From: Dicyema japonicum
Lineage: Eukaryota; Animalia; Dicyemida
Length of the DNA stretch: 64,000 nucleotides
Direction of reading: 5' to 3'
NCBI GenBank assembly: GCA_011109175.1
Contig: RDEW01000033.1
Location: 186,001-250,000 of the forward strand
This document shows positions 51,566 to 63,900 of this stretch, in pieces. A program made the position numbers and the translations under genes. The first letter of the stretch is position 1. Each line of letters starts with the position of its first letter. The notes beneath the pieces are model-generated. The model did no database searches. It worked only from the letters and a program-made list of their open reading frames with translations, and had not been told where the DNA came from.

Positions 51566-51639
51566 AGGAATTTACTCATAATTTAATAGTTTTGATTAAA
51601 AGTTTGTTTTATGTTGAGATTATTTAATCAGGGTCTTCT

Positions 51640-53250
51640 TTGCCCTAAAGACATTGGCGAAGCATCCATCCGGCTTCTTCAAAAATCCCGAAAAATCGGA
51701 TCTTGTTTACGGATGGTAGCTTCGGTAAGTAGAGGGTAGATCCATAAATACTTTCAACCATGAGAACGAATGTACGTATAACACTTAGTTTATGAAAGCT
51801 TTTTGTAAGGACCTGCTTGACATGGGCCGTGAACTTCATCAATCTGTTGTACGTTACCCCGAGAACTATAAGAGAGCTTTTTTTGGTTACTCGCATATAA
51901 TCAATGAAGATTCTGGGTTTTTTACATTGCTATCTGAAGTGAATGATGTACACGTTGATTTTGTAGCCGTTACTAATAAGCACTCAACTTCAGTTAAGCC
52001 TTGGAAGTTGCAGTTTACGTGGAACGATTTATTGTTCAGGGAATAAGGTGGGATAATATCAAGTAATCTTAATCGTCGTTTGTTGATATGTCACGTAGAG
52101 ACTATTTGAGAGTGGGGAGTCTTTAGGAGTTTTAGCAAACTCTCCCACACAAGAGAAAGTTGTCAAAACAAAACTTCAAGTTCAGATGATTTTATTCCCA
52201 ATGAGGTGTTTCATAACAACAAATTTATTAACCAGAAAATTAGGAGTTAACTAGAGGGTGAATTTCACAGTCCTGTCTTATGGCCAGTTCCCCATCCCAT
52301 TTATTATTAAACGGCAGTAGAACCCAGTATGTCCAAAGCTAGTAGGTTCTTCCACAGTATTTCCTTTCCCACTAGGTCCCAATTCGCTTGTAGGGTCCAA
52401 TAATATGGGTAGCAGGTTCATTAATCCCAATTCGCCAGTAGGGTCCAATAATATTGGTAGCAGGTTCATTAGATCCCAATTCGCCAGTAGGGTCCAATAA
52501 TGTGGGTAGCAGTCCAAAGTGGAAAGAATTCAAGGTCCTCAAGCCATTAGGTCCTTTAAGCAGTATGTCCAATCGGATGAGGAGTTTCCACTGTGTCAAA
52601 TGCTTTATATCAATAAATATGTGGTGTGACCGGATTAAAGCAATCAACAATAAATTATGACAACGTTGACAAGTGTGAAATTGTCCAGGCATCGTGATAA
52701 ATGAATTCTTCCAGATTTTTGGAATGATATCGCACTTTAGACAAATTGTAGATCAGTGTGATCTAAGTGATTTCGAGTTGCCAAAATGCTTCGAATAGAT
52801 TAAGATACTTTGTCTTGATAGCCAGCCCACGAGCTCATCAATCGGGATAACTTTTAAAAATTGTCAGAGAATACTTCTTGCACGATTTTCAGTTTTTCAT
52901 GTCGAGAAGATTTTAATTAAATATCAAAATCAGTTAAATAATTAAAGTTGTCAAATAGTAAAGTAAGATGGTAAGGAATGCTGAAGTTACTTAAGTAACT
53001 GTTTTGGTATAGGTAGAGCGTCTTTTCATCATAGTCTTTTTAGATTAATATTTGAAGCTTCGGTGCCACATTATTAGAGGTCTTAAAGAGTGCGCAGTAA
53101 CTTGTAGCGAACTTCATTCTAAAGTAATTATAGATCCTCTTTGTTCCTACAGGATATCTGACTGAGTTCATCCACTCAGTTTTGTTTTTGGGCGCTCGGG
53201 TTTTCAAATGACTGTCGAGGAAAGGAGTCACGTACTACTACCAAAAACAA
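51640..53250 (-). mobile_element. Decayed LINE RT fragments (two families)
   Basis: LGVTYNRLMKFTAHV near 51850; frameshifted FIDIKAFDTV near 52590-52620. Confidence 0.55.
52378..52522. repeat. 3 x 48-49-bp tandem repeat
   Basis: CCCAATTCGCCAGTAGGGTCCAATAATATTGGTAGCAGGTTCATTAAT starts at 52378, 52426 and 52475. Confidence 0.9.
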
Positions 53251-53539
53251 CATCCCTTCCTTTTTGGAAGGAAATGACTCTACTCATAATCATTTTGAAG
53301 TTCGAAAGGGGAGACTGAAATTCTCCGTATCAAAAGGAGAGATCTTTCGAACATATTTGAAGGACGAAATTATCTTCTTCAAACAACCCAGAAAAATTAA
53401 CAACTGATACTTAAAATATTTTATTAAGTAAGCACTCACTCAATCTGCCTTATTTCTACCCCAAAACAAATTGAGTGAATCGGTTTTTTTTATCGAAATT
53501 TGCCGTAATAAAAATCTGAATGTTAAAAGACCCTAAACT

Positions 53540-55688
53540 AGAAAGTTCTTAGTTCACAGTCTGTTGTTGAGTCTAATGTTCGTAGTAAATAATAAATGTT
53601 AAAGAATAATTTATTTACGAAATAATCCAAAAATAAAATCAGTTATTACCAGAACAAAGTCTTCCAATAAGAATGAATGAGTCCAAATCAACCTCAAATC
53701 TAATTTCTCCATATTCTACAAATATATACAAAATAAACATTACATCTTCCAATATCATCAAGTAAAACTTTAATCTTCTTTTCAAATACAATAATCTACA
53801 AGATAATCCCACAAATTACATCAATAGACCAAAGTTTACGAGGTATTGACTCAATCAAATTAAGAGACTTTTTCAACATATCCTCAGCATCCTTTAATAC
53901 ATTAATTCCATCCTCATATTTAGTCCTCAGTCCATCATAATGTTCCTAACATTTTACGATGACATACTTTGAGATGTCTATACTGCTCTTGTGCTTGAGA
54001 TATATTAAAAATGGGGACAGATTCTGTGAATCTCTTGACAAATATAGTTTGATGACTGATGTGGTCAAAATTAGATAATTTTTTAACTCCGGCAAGTCTA
54101 ATATAGCTTACAATCTACACTACAAACAGTGATATTACAGTAAAGAATGCTTGATGAGCCAATATATTAGCATTAAAGAAAGTCAAATCTCTTCCAAAGG
54201 AAGCGGAAAAGTGTTCCTTAAAGACCACACCCTCTTTGTCTCCCTTCATTTCTAATAAAGGTTGTGCCACCTCTATTAAACGAGGGAAAAGGAAGTTATA
54301 ATGTACTCTATACTAATATCACAATAATACAAGAATAATCCCGCAAACTCATAGAAAGAGAAAAGTCCATCCCTCATTGATTTTCTAACAACGGAAATAT
54401 CAAAGATAGCAAGGCAGTACTCCCAGAAGATTGACAACTCTTGGGGGAAAGTGTGAATTTTGTTAGTTTCACGTGCAAATTCCACATATTTGATATAGTC
54501 CATTCTGTTGGCAGATTCAAAGTGAATATCAAAATGTCCCTGAAGCACGGAAATTAGAGTATTTTTGATATCACCAGGACAATACTTAAGAACATTGTCC
54601 CCAATATGTCCCCGCAGACAGAAATAAGCCCAATTGAAAAATTTGACGTCACAATGAGAGGAAATCAACCTCTACAATCAAATGACCAATACTTTGACTA
54701 GACTGTAGAATATGGGGGAATATGATGATTTCATATTGATTGAGTAATCACAGGAGGCCTACAATAATGAATGACACAACCGTAAGAGTCCACAAGGAGT
54801 CAGCAACAAAATTAATAGAAAAGTCAGATTTTATTAGATCGTAGAAACCTCTGAAAGTGTGATATAAAACAGAGTAACACGAATCCTTATTAGTCACTAG
54901 AACGCAGAATTGACCAGCAAACTGATCTTCACTTAATGAAGTCTAATATGAGTGAATGTGATTACTTTGTGATCCCCCGTCACCAACCAACCCAAATTAT
55001 TTGTAGTTGACTCCACAATATTATGTATGTCATTGAATAGTTTATTCTAATATTAAAAACAGTTGTACATCATTTGATTTTATAAATTTGGCATAGAAGG
55101 CCAAATCCTTGAGTAATCTGAAGAGGCGATGAAATGAGGAAGGAGAGGGTCTCCAAAGTTTTGTGATATTAAACAGCCGATTATCGTGTCAGCGTGTCCG
55201 ATTGGATCATATGAGTATTGTACATGAGACATATTAATAGGTGCCTAAATAAAAGCAAAAAATACAATTTTTTTATTATTTGAGAACAACTTTGCATAAA
55301 TAACCAGAATAGACTGATATAGTTTAAAATATTCATCAATATATTTGCCACATTCAGAGTAATCGAAAGTGTCAATGGTGTCTTCACCCATTAACCATCT
55401 TTCCTTCAATTATAGTTATTATTAAGTAGTAATAAATATTTTATTAAATTAAAACCAGTTTATGTATTGAAGCATTTATAATATAAATATTCTCATCTAA
55501 ATCTTTGGGTTTATTAGGTGATTCTGCGGCCTTTTTGTCCATTCGTTCATTTTCTATTTCTATAGCTGTGGATGCCATCTCAAATTTAATTCTATATAAT
55601 ATTAATCCTACCTTTTGTCAATTAATACTGTGCAATTGGGGAGATCAGAACACAGATTTTCAACACTTGTTTTGAGAGGAATCCACAT
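53540..55688 (-). CDS. NAA35: NatC auxiliary subunit NAA35/MAK10, micro-introns, one unexplained frameshift
   Basis: MWIPLKTSVENLCSDL...LIDKRIKFEMASTAIEIENERMD and KLERWLMGED match the NAA35 N-terminus; SPIFYSLVKRL matches further downstream. Introns are mostly 20-23 nt. The 3' end is approximate. Confidence 0.72.
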
Positions 55689-55769
55689 TACTAGAACAAA
55701 ATTATTTTAAAATTTAAATAAAATATTAATTAAACAATTTTATCATTACTAAAAATTAATTTTTTATTT

Positions 55770-57750
55770 TTAATTAGTCAAAAAAACATGCAACGTGCGT
55801 TCGATTCGGTGGCGTTAAAACTCTCTCGAGTTGGCAAAAATGTTTGAAAGGAAAAAAGGAGAAGGGTCACTTGCGTTACCTTGATGGTATGAATGTAATT
55901 CTTGCCATATCCGAGAGCGTTGTGGCAGATGACCCAAAAGAATGGGCGAGGCAGGTAGTCCGCAGGTACGTAGCAGGCTATCTCGAATGCCCTGGAATGG
56001 ATGGCCATACTTGGCGGAGCTCTGCAGTGGCAGATTCAGTACTGCTATATCTGTGAGTGAACTCAAGAAGATGGCTGTAGGCAAAGAGGGTACTGGTCTA
56101 AAGGGGCGGGACCAGGTGACCACAACTGTCAAAGAGAGCACGAGCACCAGAGCTGTGATACGTTGCAGCTCAAGCATGTTTATGAGGTCTTTGCGCGGAA
56201 TCTCGCTGCAGCGGCAGATGTCCCACTTGAGGACCGTAGATTTACCCGCAAGATTCCTCATTGTAAGGTTAACGGTGTAGTGTTAACCTGCATCAATAAG
56301 GCTGTGGCTTATGCGGTGGAGGCTAAGCCAGTAGGGTCATTGGGTGACATCTCCCTAGTGCTGTATGCAGCACAGATCACCTATGAGGAATTGACGGACA
56401 AGCCCAGACCACCCAGTAAATGGAGGGAGCAGATCTGTGCCAAGATTGCTTGGAGACAGACTGAGCTGGAAGCACTGGAGGGGCACATAAGTAGTGTGGC
56501 GAGAGGGGTTAGAGGAAAAGCACCGGCTATAGTAAAGGGGCTAATTAGTAAACTCCGTGTTCCCAAATGGGACCTCAAAGAGTTGAGGAGGGCAAAGGTG
56601 GAGTTAGAGGGGCAATAATGGTGTATAAGAGGAAACTCTATACACATGAAAGTCGGTGTAAGAGAAGGAGAGAAAATAATCTGTTTGAGTTTAATCGCAG
56701 ATTGTTTTACCGTCGCCTACACGAAAATGGCCATAGTGTATGTTCCCAGCAGGACGCGGAAATGCTTTCCACATGGGGTAGTATGTGGGAGGCTAAACCA
56801 CGCAGACGAATTGCGTGGAATGTCCCGCATAGCGCCGCTCCTTTTTTGGCGGAATCTTGGGGAATTTTCGATTTCACAAGAAATTTGAGGAGGTCGTGAG
56901 ACATCTCCCTTATTGGAAAACGACCTGGGTCGATAAAGTTTATAATTTTTATCAAAAGATGCACTTCATTGCACGAGTCTAAGTGTCGTGTAATACATAA
57001 AAGCATCACTAACCTGGAAACGATTCCTGATTGGGCATGTACAGGGACAACTTATTTGATCCCAAAGCTGGACAACCCCCAGTCTGCTGCAGATTATCGA
57101 CCGATAACCTGCATGCCAACCCTGTATAAGCTGATGACCAAATTGGTGGCTAATGAGGTCAGGAGCTTTGTAGACGCAAATGGGATTCTCTCCGAGAATC
57201 AGTTGGGACTGTGCGAAATTGTCAGGGGGCAAAAGAGCAGGCTTTGATCAACAAATGCCTTTCTGTGTCTCACGGAAACTCACTTTTGTCTATGTGGGTG
57301 GATGTGAAGAAGGCTTACGATTCAGTTGATCATTCTTACCTTGTCGAGTGCCTACACAGTCTGTGTATGCCTGTGTGGTTCATCAGCTTTGTAGTGGCTG
57401 TGATGAATAGGTGGAGTATTCATCTAAACTATAATAGGCACCGGATAGGCGAGGTAAAACTCAAGAGGGGGATCCTTCAGGGGATAGCATGTCTCCGCTA
57501 CTCTTTGTTCTCTGTTTGGAGCCATTGAGTCGCCGCCTCAATGACCGGTTTGAGCAAATACCAGTTCATTGTGAAGGGGTGTTTCAGTACAAATCACCTT
57601 CTTTTTATCGATGACTTGAAGATGTATGCTCGAACAGCCGAGGAGCTCTACTCCATGGGGTCTGTGCCAGGGAATTCTTTGAGAGTATAGGGCTAGATTT
57701 GAATTATTCAAAGTCTGCGACTAACACGCAAGTAATTAGTCTGCTTTTAC
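55770..57750 (+). mobile_element. R4/Dong-like (RLE-class) non-LTR retrotransposon, 3'-truncated, frameshifted
   Basis: ENNLFEFNRRLFYRRL, TGTTYLIPK, DYRPITCMPTLYKL, GAKEQALINK, WVDVKKAYDSVDH, GILQGD and HLLFIDDLKMY. Confidence 0.85.
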
Positions 57751-57799
57751 AGGACATCTGATTGACCAATTTTTTACAATAACGATGAATTCGATAATT

Positions 57800-58318
57800 C
57801 AGGGTTTTCCTAATTATTTAATAACTTTGTCAAAATGTTTAATAACTATATTTTTTCATTTTTATTTTGGGATCATTATTTATATTTATTAGATTATAAA
57901 AACAAACTGGTATCCAATTAATTTTTAACGTGTATAGGGTATGAATAGTATTTTTTGCCTCCTTATACTTCTCAACTTAATCCAATTGAAGAGTTTTTTT
58001 CTATTTGGAAAAATAACATCAAAAATAAAAATTGTAGGAACTCTGAGAATTAATAAACGCAATCCAAAACATCGGATAGATTCCATCAGATGTGTGCAAC
58101 AATTTGTATAGCCACATGCGGAGCTATTTAGTTAATTAAAAATTTTAATTTACAATTGTTTTTTTCAATTAATTATAAAATTGGTTTTTTTTATTTGACC
58201 CTTGACAAAGTAATTAAGCATTTTGACAAAGTTATTAAGTATTTTAACGAATTATTAAACATTTTGACAAAATTATTAAATTTTATGACAAAGTTATTAA
58301 ATAAATAGGAAAACCCTG
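57800..58318 (+). mobile_element. Tc1/IS630-type deletion derivative with TIRs
   Basis: CAGGGTTTTCCTA(A/T)TTATTTAATAACTTTGTCA at both ends in inverted orientation, with 21-bp sub-repeats at the right end and TA after 58318. Internal FLPPYTSQLNPIEEFF is a DDE_3 remnant. Confidence 0.85.
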
Positions 58319-58324
58319 TAATCT

Positions 58325-58620
58325 AGCCGTGTGGCGTCATGTGGTGCTGTGTGGCTAATTGGTTTAAGTTTTATGTGGGGTTTTCTGTTTCTCCTATCTC
58401 TTCCTATTAGAGTGGTGTCATGTGATCCACCTATCCAGGTGGCGCCCAGTGCCTGGCCGGAACGAAAAAAGATCATTTACTCTCACTCTACTGGAGGGGT
58501 TTTCACAACTGCAAGTAATGGGCGTCTTACCTTTTATGTTGATTCCAGATGGACTCTGGATACACTTAATTGGTTGCTTACTCTAACTTCTTTCTCGGTA
58601 TATCCGGGGTTAATAAATTA
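58325..58620 (+). mobile_element. Short 3' end of an Ingi/Vingi-like LINE
   Basis: VASCGAVW motif; terminal stem GGATACACT/GGTATATCC followed by GGGGTTAATAAAT. Confidence 0.6.
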
Positions 58621-59129
58621 AGAAATCTAACCATTAAGACTAAATTGATTATTTTGATATATTAATTTTTTGTCCAATTTTTTGTTTATTCACTTTAACT
58701 TTTGTTGATACTATTTTATTTAATTGATGATTTTTCGACGTCTTTATCCTTTAAGACGAAAAGCCGATTTTCATATGAGACACGCTTTATATTTTATCGC
58801 ATAAACTTTTTCACTTTCTATCATTTGGATTCCCTTAATTGTCATGGTGTGAAATTACTTAACATATTTCCACCACGAACATAATATTATTTGAGAGAAA
58901 CCGCATTCTGTTGATACATCAGTGTTGTACAACTAATAGTCTTTATATAACCAACATTTCCAGTAGCGAGTTATGTAAGATGAAAAAACAAGTAAAAAAA
59001 TATCATAAATTGTGATATTTATTAATAGCCTTAAGTTTATTATGCGGGAATGACACAATGGAACAAATAACTCTGGCGAGTGTCTTTCTATCACACCCTG
59101 TCATATATTTATACAAGACATGTCTAAAA

Positions 59130-60979
59130 TACTACAATAACAACAATATAACCTCCAACTTAACTCCCTCAATACTAACACATGTCATTGCACAATATGA
59201 CTCACTCAGTGACGTCAAATCACTCAAATAAACACAAACTCACCCAAACTGAACAACCAATGATTTTAATGATCCAAGCAGAGATGCTGAGTGGAGAGAC
59301 CCAATAGAGCCTGACTCTACAAATCTCTCCAACAATGTGAGGATTTGTTCATTTATATCACAGTAATTCTAAAATTACCAAAATAATACATTAATAAAGT
59401 CAATAACTTTGGATGACGGATTAACCATCCTTCCAATAATATCCCTAAACTACAATTAGTAATAAAAACTCTCCCATCATAAGAGTCATTCCTTTTCACA
59501 GTCTATATTAATAATAAGTATTACAATTCCATCGAAAAACTCTCTGTAAATGGCTATGTCCGCCAACATGTCATTTAATCCACCAATCAGTCTATCCTCT
59601 CTCCCATTACCAATAAACAATGGGAGATATGGCTGTAAAGATGACTCCATTCTATCCATTAATATGTCATAGTTATTCTCCAATCTCATCTTCTCCTCTT
59701 CTCTCCTCCCAAATTCAGTCTCCAATACTTCATATAAATCGTATTCCTCTCCACCAATTCCACATGTCTCTTTCACTAAACACATAATCCGTTCTAATTC
59801 GTCCCTATTAACAGATTCCGTAGATTCAGTCTGTACAGCAACATCCACTCCAATTCCCCTCACGAGGGCCTCATTCTCTTTTTTAAGGGACTCTATTTGA
59901 CTATAAAGATCATTAATTGTCAATTTGTCAATTTGACTTGACTCCCTCATAATAGTCAACTCAGAGTTTAGTCTAGTAACTTCAGTCTCACTTTGACACA
60001 ATCTTTCTTCCAATGATGAAATGGCAGAATCAGACCTCTCAATAGTCTCCCTCACAGCCGTATTAGCAGTGCTTATTTGAGTTTCCTGGTATTTTATTAA
60101 ATCAGTCTTTTTCTTGAGTTCATCCACAAAATGTTGTCTCAGTCGACTGTAATTACGATGAATTCTCTCCTCCAGTTGATTCACAAACTCCAACTTTGAT
60201 TTAACATAATCCTCCAATGCACAAAACCGATCCTCCACCTCTCCCACTGTTTGACTAGTCTTATCCTTCAATACTTCATAGTCCTTGTTGTTACTCTTGA
60301 AAGCATTTACACGAAACACGTGGTTTAACCGATCATTAAGGTTATTTATTCGACAATTAACGTTTGATAATTTGTCACATAATCCAGAATAATCAACTTT
60401 GTATTCAAATTGTACCAACTTTTTGTGATTATTATTCCATTTTGTTATTAGTTCGTTTAAGTTACATTTATTTTTGAGTAGTTGATTTACTAATTCATTT
60501 CTGGAAACCACGTGGTTCATTTCTGCCTCCTCCAACACCTTCTTATACGCGGAAATATGAGTTTCCATTTCATTTATATGTTCTTTGGCAGTATCCTCTG
60601 ATTCTTTTGTTAGATTGGCTACAGACTGACTCAAGGATAAGTTTTTGGTTCTCAGAATATCAATCTCTTTCTGTTTTCCTTGGTAGCCGAGAAGAAGATC
60701 TGACATATATTCCTCCATGTGACTTTGACGTTCAGAAATAGTAGCTATCAGAGTTTTGAAGTTATCCATGTCCTTTAAAGACTGTTCGTAGTCTCTTTGG
60801 AGAGAATCAACATTGGGGGGAATTTTAGTAGGATTAGAGTCAATTGAGCCTTTAGAACCACTGTTTATAGAGAAACCATCAGAAACTCCAACTGTAGAGG
60901 GTAGGTCAGTCTATTAATGATTTACGGTTATTATTACTGTTTCTATTCCCTCGTATTTGTTTTTTAGTTTTTTGAACAT
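59130..60979 (-). CDS. Long coiled-coil protein, golgin-like (GOLGA1/GOLGA4-type N-terminus)
   Basis: Starts MFKKLKNK; a 27-nt intron leads into the 427-aa heptad-rich ORF 59486..60769. Further micro-exons are possibly GRIP-like. The 3' end is uncertain. Confidence 0.5.
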
Positions 60980-61589
60980 AGCACCTCAAATACAAAATTA
61001 AATAATTAATTAATTTATAGTTTCATTTGTCTATTAATTATTAATAATTAATTTATGGTTTTATTTTATTTTAATCGAAATAATGAACAGTGCTATTTTT
61101 TTAATTTAAACGTCAGTGCTTAATCTTCCCAATGTTATAATATACTTAGAGGAATTTGTTTGACATATTCCTTCACTTTATGCTCTTAAAATATCCGTTT
61201 TTTTATAAACCAAGTAATAAGGTTACGTCATAGACTAGATCAGGCATGCTCACGATCACATAATTCATGGCTCTTTTTTCGACATTTTTAAAATATATTA
61301 TATCCCGTGGCTCCCTAATTTTAACAACAATAAAACTACTAAGTATAGGAAATATTTGCTAGTATTCAAAGTATGCTTCAATTCCATTAAATAGTGACAC
61401 CACCTTTGTATCACTTTTAATCTTTCTTGCAAAGAGTTTCTTCAATAATTTTACTGCTATTCCAAAACCTTACATAAGGAGAGAACCGTTAACTGGCAAT
61501 GTAGTTTCGTTTATCTGTAATGAAAAGTTTGTATTTCTTAGCAAATGTATTAATGCAAAAAATAAGTCAACAACTACTGGCTGCTCTCA

Positions 61590-61790
61590 TAATTGAGAAC
61601 GCCAGACAAGCAAGACGATGCTGATCAAGCACATGTTTTATTTCTTCTATGATCTTTGAGCATAAAAGCTTGTCCCATTCTCGTTGTTTATTAGCGTTCT
61701 TCGGGAATCAAACACCCAGTCGCGTCCAGACTTCCCGATCCATACGTACCACTGGTTCAGGTCCGATCCGTTAATGTAGCCTAGAATCTG
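61590..61790 (-). mobile_element. CRE-like retrotransposon fragment
   Basis: KQREWDKLLCSKII...DQHRLACL linker motif. Confidence 0.55.
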
Positions 61791-61814
61791 GCGTATGAGA
61801 TTACTGGAAGCATT

Positions 61815-62720
61815 ATTATTATTATAGGCACGTACGCGATGCCAAGATCATGACAAAGCATGTGCAACACGAAAAGTTAACAATCTAATTAACGTCCCCC
61901 ATCTTTTTCGATCCGTTGGCATGTTCCGTAGCATATCTAGATCGTCCACATCTTTAAGGCACTTTCCAATCTTCTTGAGATCTTCATCTAGAAAAACCGT
62001 CAGTGTTGTCCTCGTCCGGCCGCGGAAACGATAAGCTTCTAAGACAAAATACTCCTCCATTGATATGTTGGCAGGGGTCCCCATATCGTGGTGTAGTATG
62101 TGTCCAAAGAGCCTCCATCTCGAATCAGTAATATCACATGATATTGGCTTAGTTCCTGTTCTCTTGTATAAGATTTCGAATGGCATTTTGAAAAAGCTTC
62201 GGGAAGAAAGGAGTGCTCGGAGATGATTTCTGTGAAAAGAATTCAACTTTTCGAGTTCCTGCCTATGCCCATGTACTGGCATTATATAATAGGCCTCACT
62301 AGGGCATTGTATAGTCTCATTAGAGTTTTAGGGTCAAGCCCTTTGTGCAGAAGCCAGGTCTTTTTCATTTTGTTGAAAGCGACATTAGTTAGTGTCTTCT
62401 TTCGTGTTGTATCTTCGGAGTCACTGAGAAGAGATCCTAGTTTTTTGATCTACGCCAGTGCTCGTCGGTCTTTTCCTCACTTCTTTTTAGCTCCGTGATT
62501 TCGGTTTTGTTTGTGTTTACTTTTAATGACCACTCAGCCATTTTATCAGGCATTTTCTCTAAAAGTGCAATTAACTCTTCTTTGTTATTCGAAATAAAGT
62601 CCACGTCGTCCGCATATGCTATTATGCTCGTTCCTTCTCTGATATGAGGCTTCAAGCATATGTCGAAGAAAAATTTTACAATGCTATAATCATTAAATCT
62701 AATGTGGAACTGATGACTTT
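61815..62720 (-). mobile_element. 5'-truncated RTE-like LINE, same family as 40160-42900
   Basis: AYADDVDF and SRWRLFGHIL. The 3' UTR GCGATGCCAAGATCATGACAAAGCATGTGCAACACG is shared with 40175-40212; (TAA)n tail. Confidence 0.88.
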
Positions 62721-62899
62721 TAGCCAATGATGTATATCAAAATTTATTAAATCATAAAAACGGAAAATAAGTTCAGGTGATGATAATATGGCTGACTGGT
62801 TACATTTTTGTGGTTTCTTATCTTTGAACCTTCAATAATTTTAATCTATCAATTAATTTATAAAGTTCAAATAACAATTTTATTAAATTAACGGACAGA

Positions 62900-63330
62900 T
62901 TGACGGGATCTTTTGTTCGACAGCGTATCTTCAACGACCGGATCGAAGATAACTCATGGAAGCATGCCTCACATCGGTAAGACTTGGAGGCCTTGGAATT
63001 AGCAACCCTGTAGACATTTCTCTCCCTGCATATCTCTCGCCGCTATGGCCTGTAACACCAATGTCAGAGGATTCTACACACCCTCTCTGAATTCTCTATT
63101 GACCAGGACGCCGGTCATTCTCGTGAGACCTGGAGCCGCACCTATCAGTTTTCTCAACCTTCCATGTTCTTTCAGCGGGGTCTGGACGATGCTGTTTGCC
63201 GGAATTTTTTTGAAAATCTGCTACTCTGACCAACATCTCCGTGCCTGTCTGTTGTCGGGGGCGTCTTCCGATAGCGGTGCCTGGCTTAACGCAATTTCTA
63301 ATAGAGTTTTGGGTACCTTTGATCAATAAG
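62900..63330 (+). mobile_element. CRE-like retrotransposon fragment
   Basis: RLGGLGIS...LPAYLS and SDSGAWLNAI. Confidence 0.72.
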
Positions 63331-63399
63331 TCCGTATTGGGATCTCATTAACCTATTATACACAAACCCTAAAAAGTCATGCACAATGATATTTATTTA

Positions 63400-63900
63400 A
63401 AAAGAAAACTAACTCACCACAGCTCTTACCCTTAATGGAGATTCAATTCCCTCCATAAACTTTGTCAAGTTATTGGGTATCACGTACGACGATCTCACGA
63501 CATTAATAACATATTAACAACAATATCTCCTCATTCCAAGAACAGTTGAACTTAGTAAAAACTCTTTCTGGACACTAGAAAGCCGCTTCAACTAAATTTT
63601 AAGCTCACTCTATAATACATACAACTGACAATCAGCTATGGCTGTGAAACATGGGGGACAAACCTGTTCAATACGAACCTAAAGAAAATATCTTTCAAGG
63701 AACAGTAACTAGAACTCTACAAAGGTTCTGTACCTCGCTGTTAAAACCAACTCCCTTTGGGGAACTTTAGAGGAGAACGAAAGCCCTAGTGACACCTCCA
63801 AAGTTTCCAAAAGTAACACGTGCATACAGGAAGTACGCTGAATCTGGAGACAAAGACCGAATAAATGGCTGATTATTGAGGTTGGAATCATTTGAAGGCC
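63400..63900 (+). mobile_element. Decayed LINE RT C-terminal fragment
   Basis: KLLGITYD and YGCETWG remnants. Confidence 0.45.

Noticed and set aside
49530-55700. Spliced-leader acceptor sites just upstream of ATGs (MED15 TTAG|TTGTGATG; NAA35 CTAG|TAATG)
   Set aside because: Not seen consistently at the other genes; AG dinucleotides near starts are expected by chance, and 5' cDNA would be needed.
58331-58621. Small membrane or secreted protein (96 aa ORF)
   Set aside because: It ends in the LINE-type 3' stem and tail and contains the LINE C-terminal xACxxW-like motif.
6182-60979. Reassigned stop codons (alternative genetic code)
   Set aside because: In-frame stops are explained by GT-AG micro-introns, and genes end in TAA, TAG and TGA.
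39350-63330. Systematic RTE-into-CRE targeting (CRE fragments lie beside both copies of one RTE family)
   Set aside because: The CRE pieces differ in orientation and are separated from the RTE ends by unrelated sequence; no shared junction.
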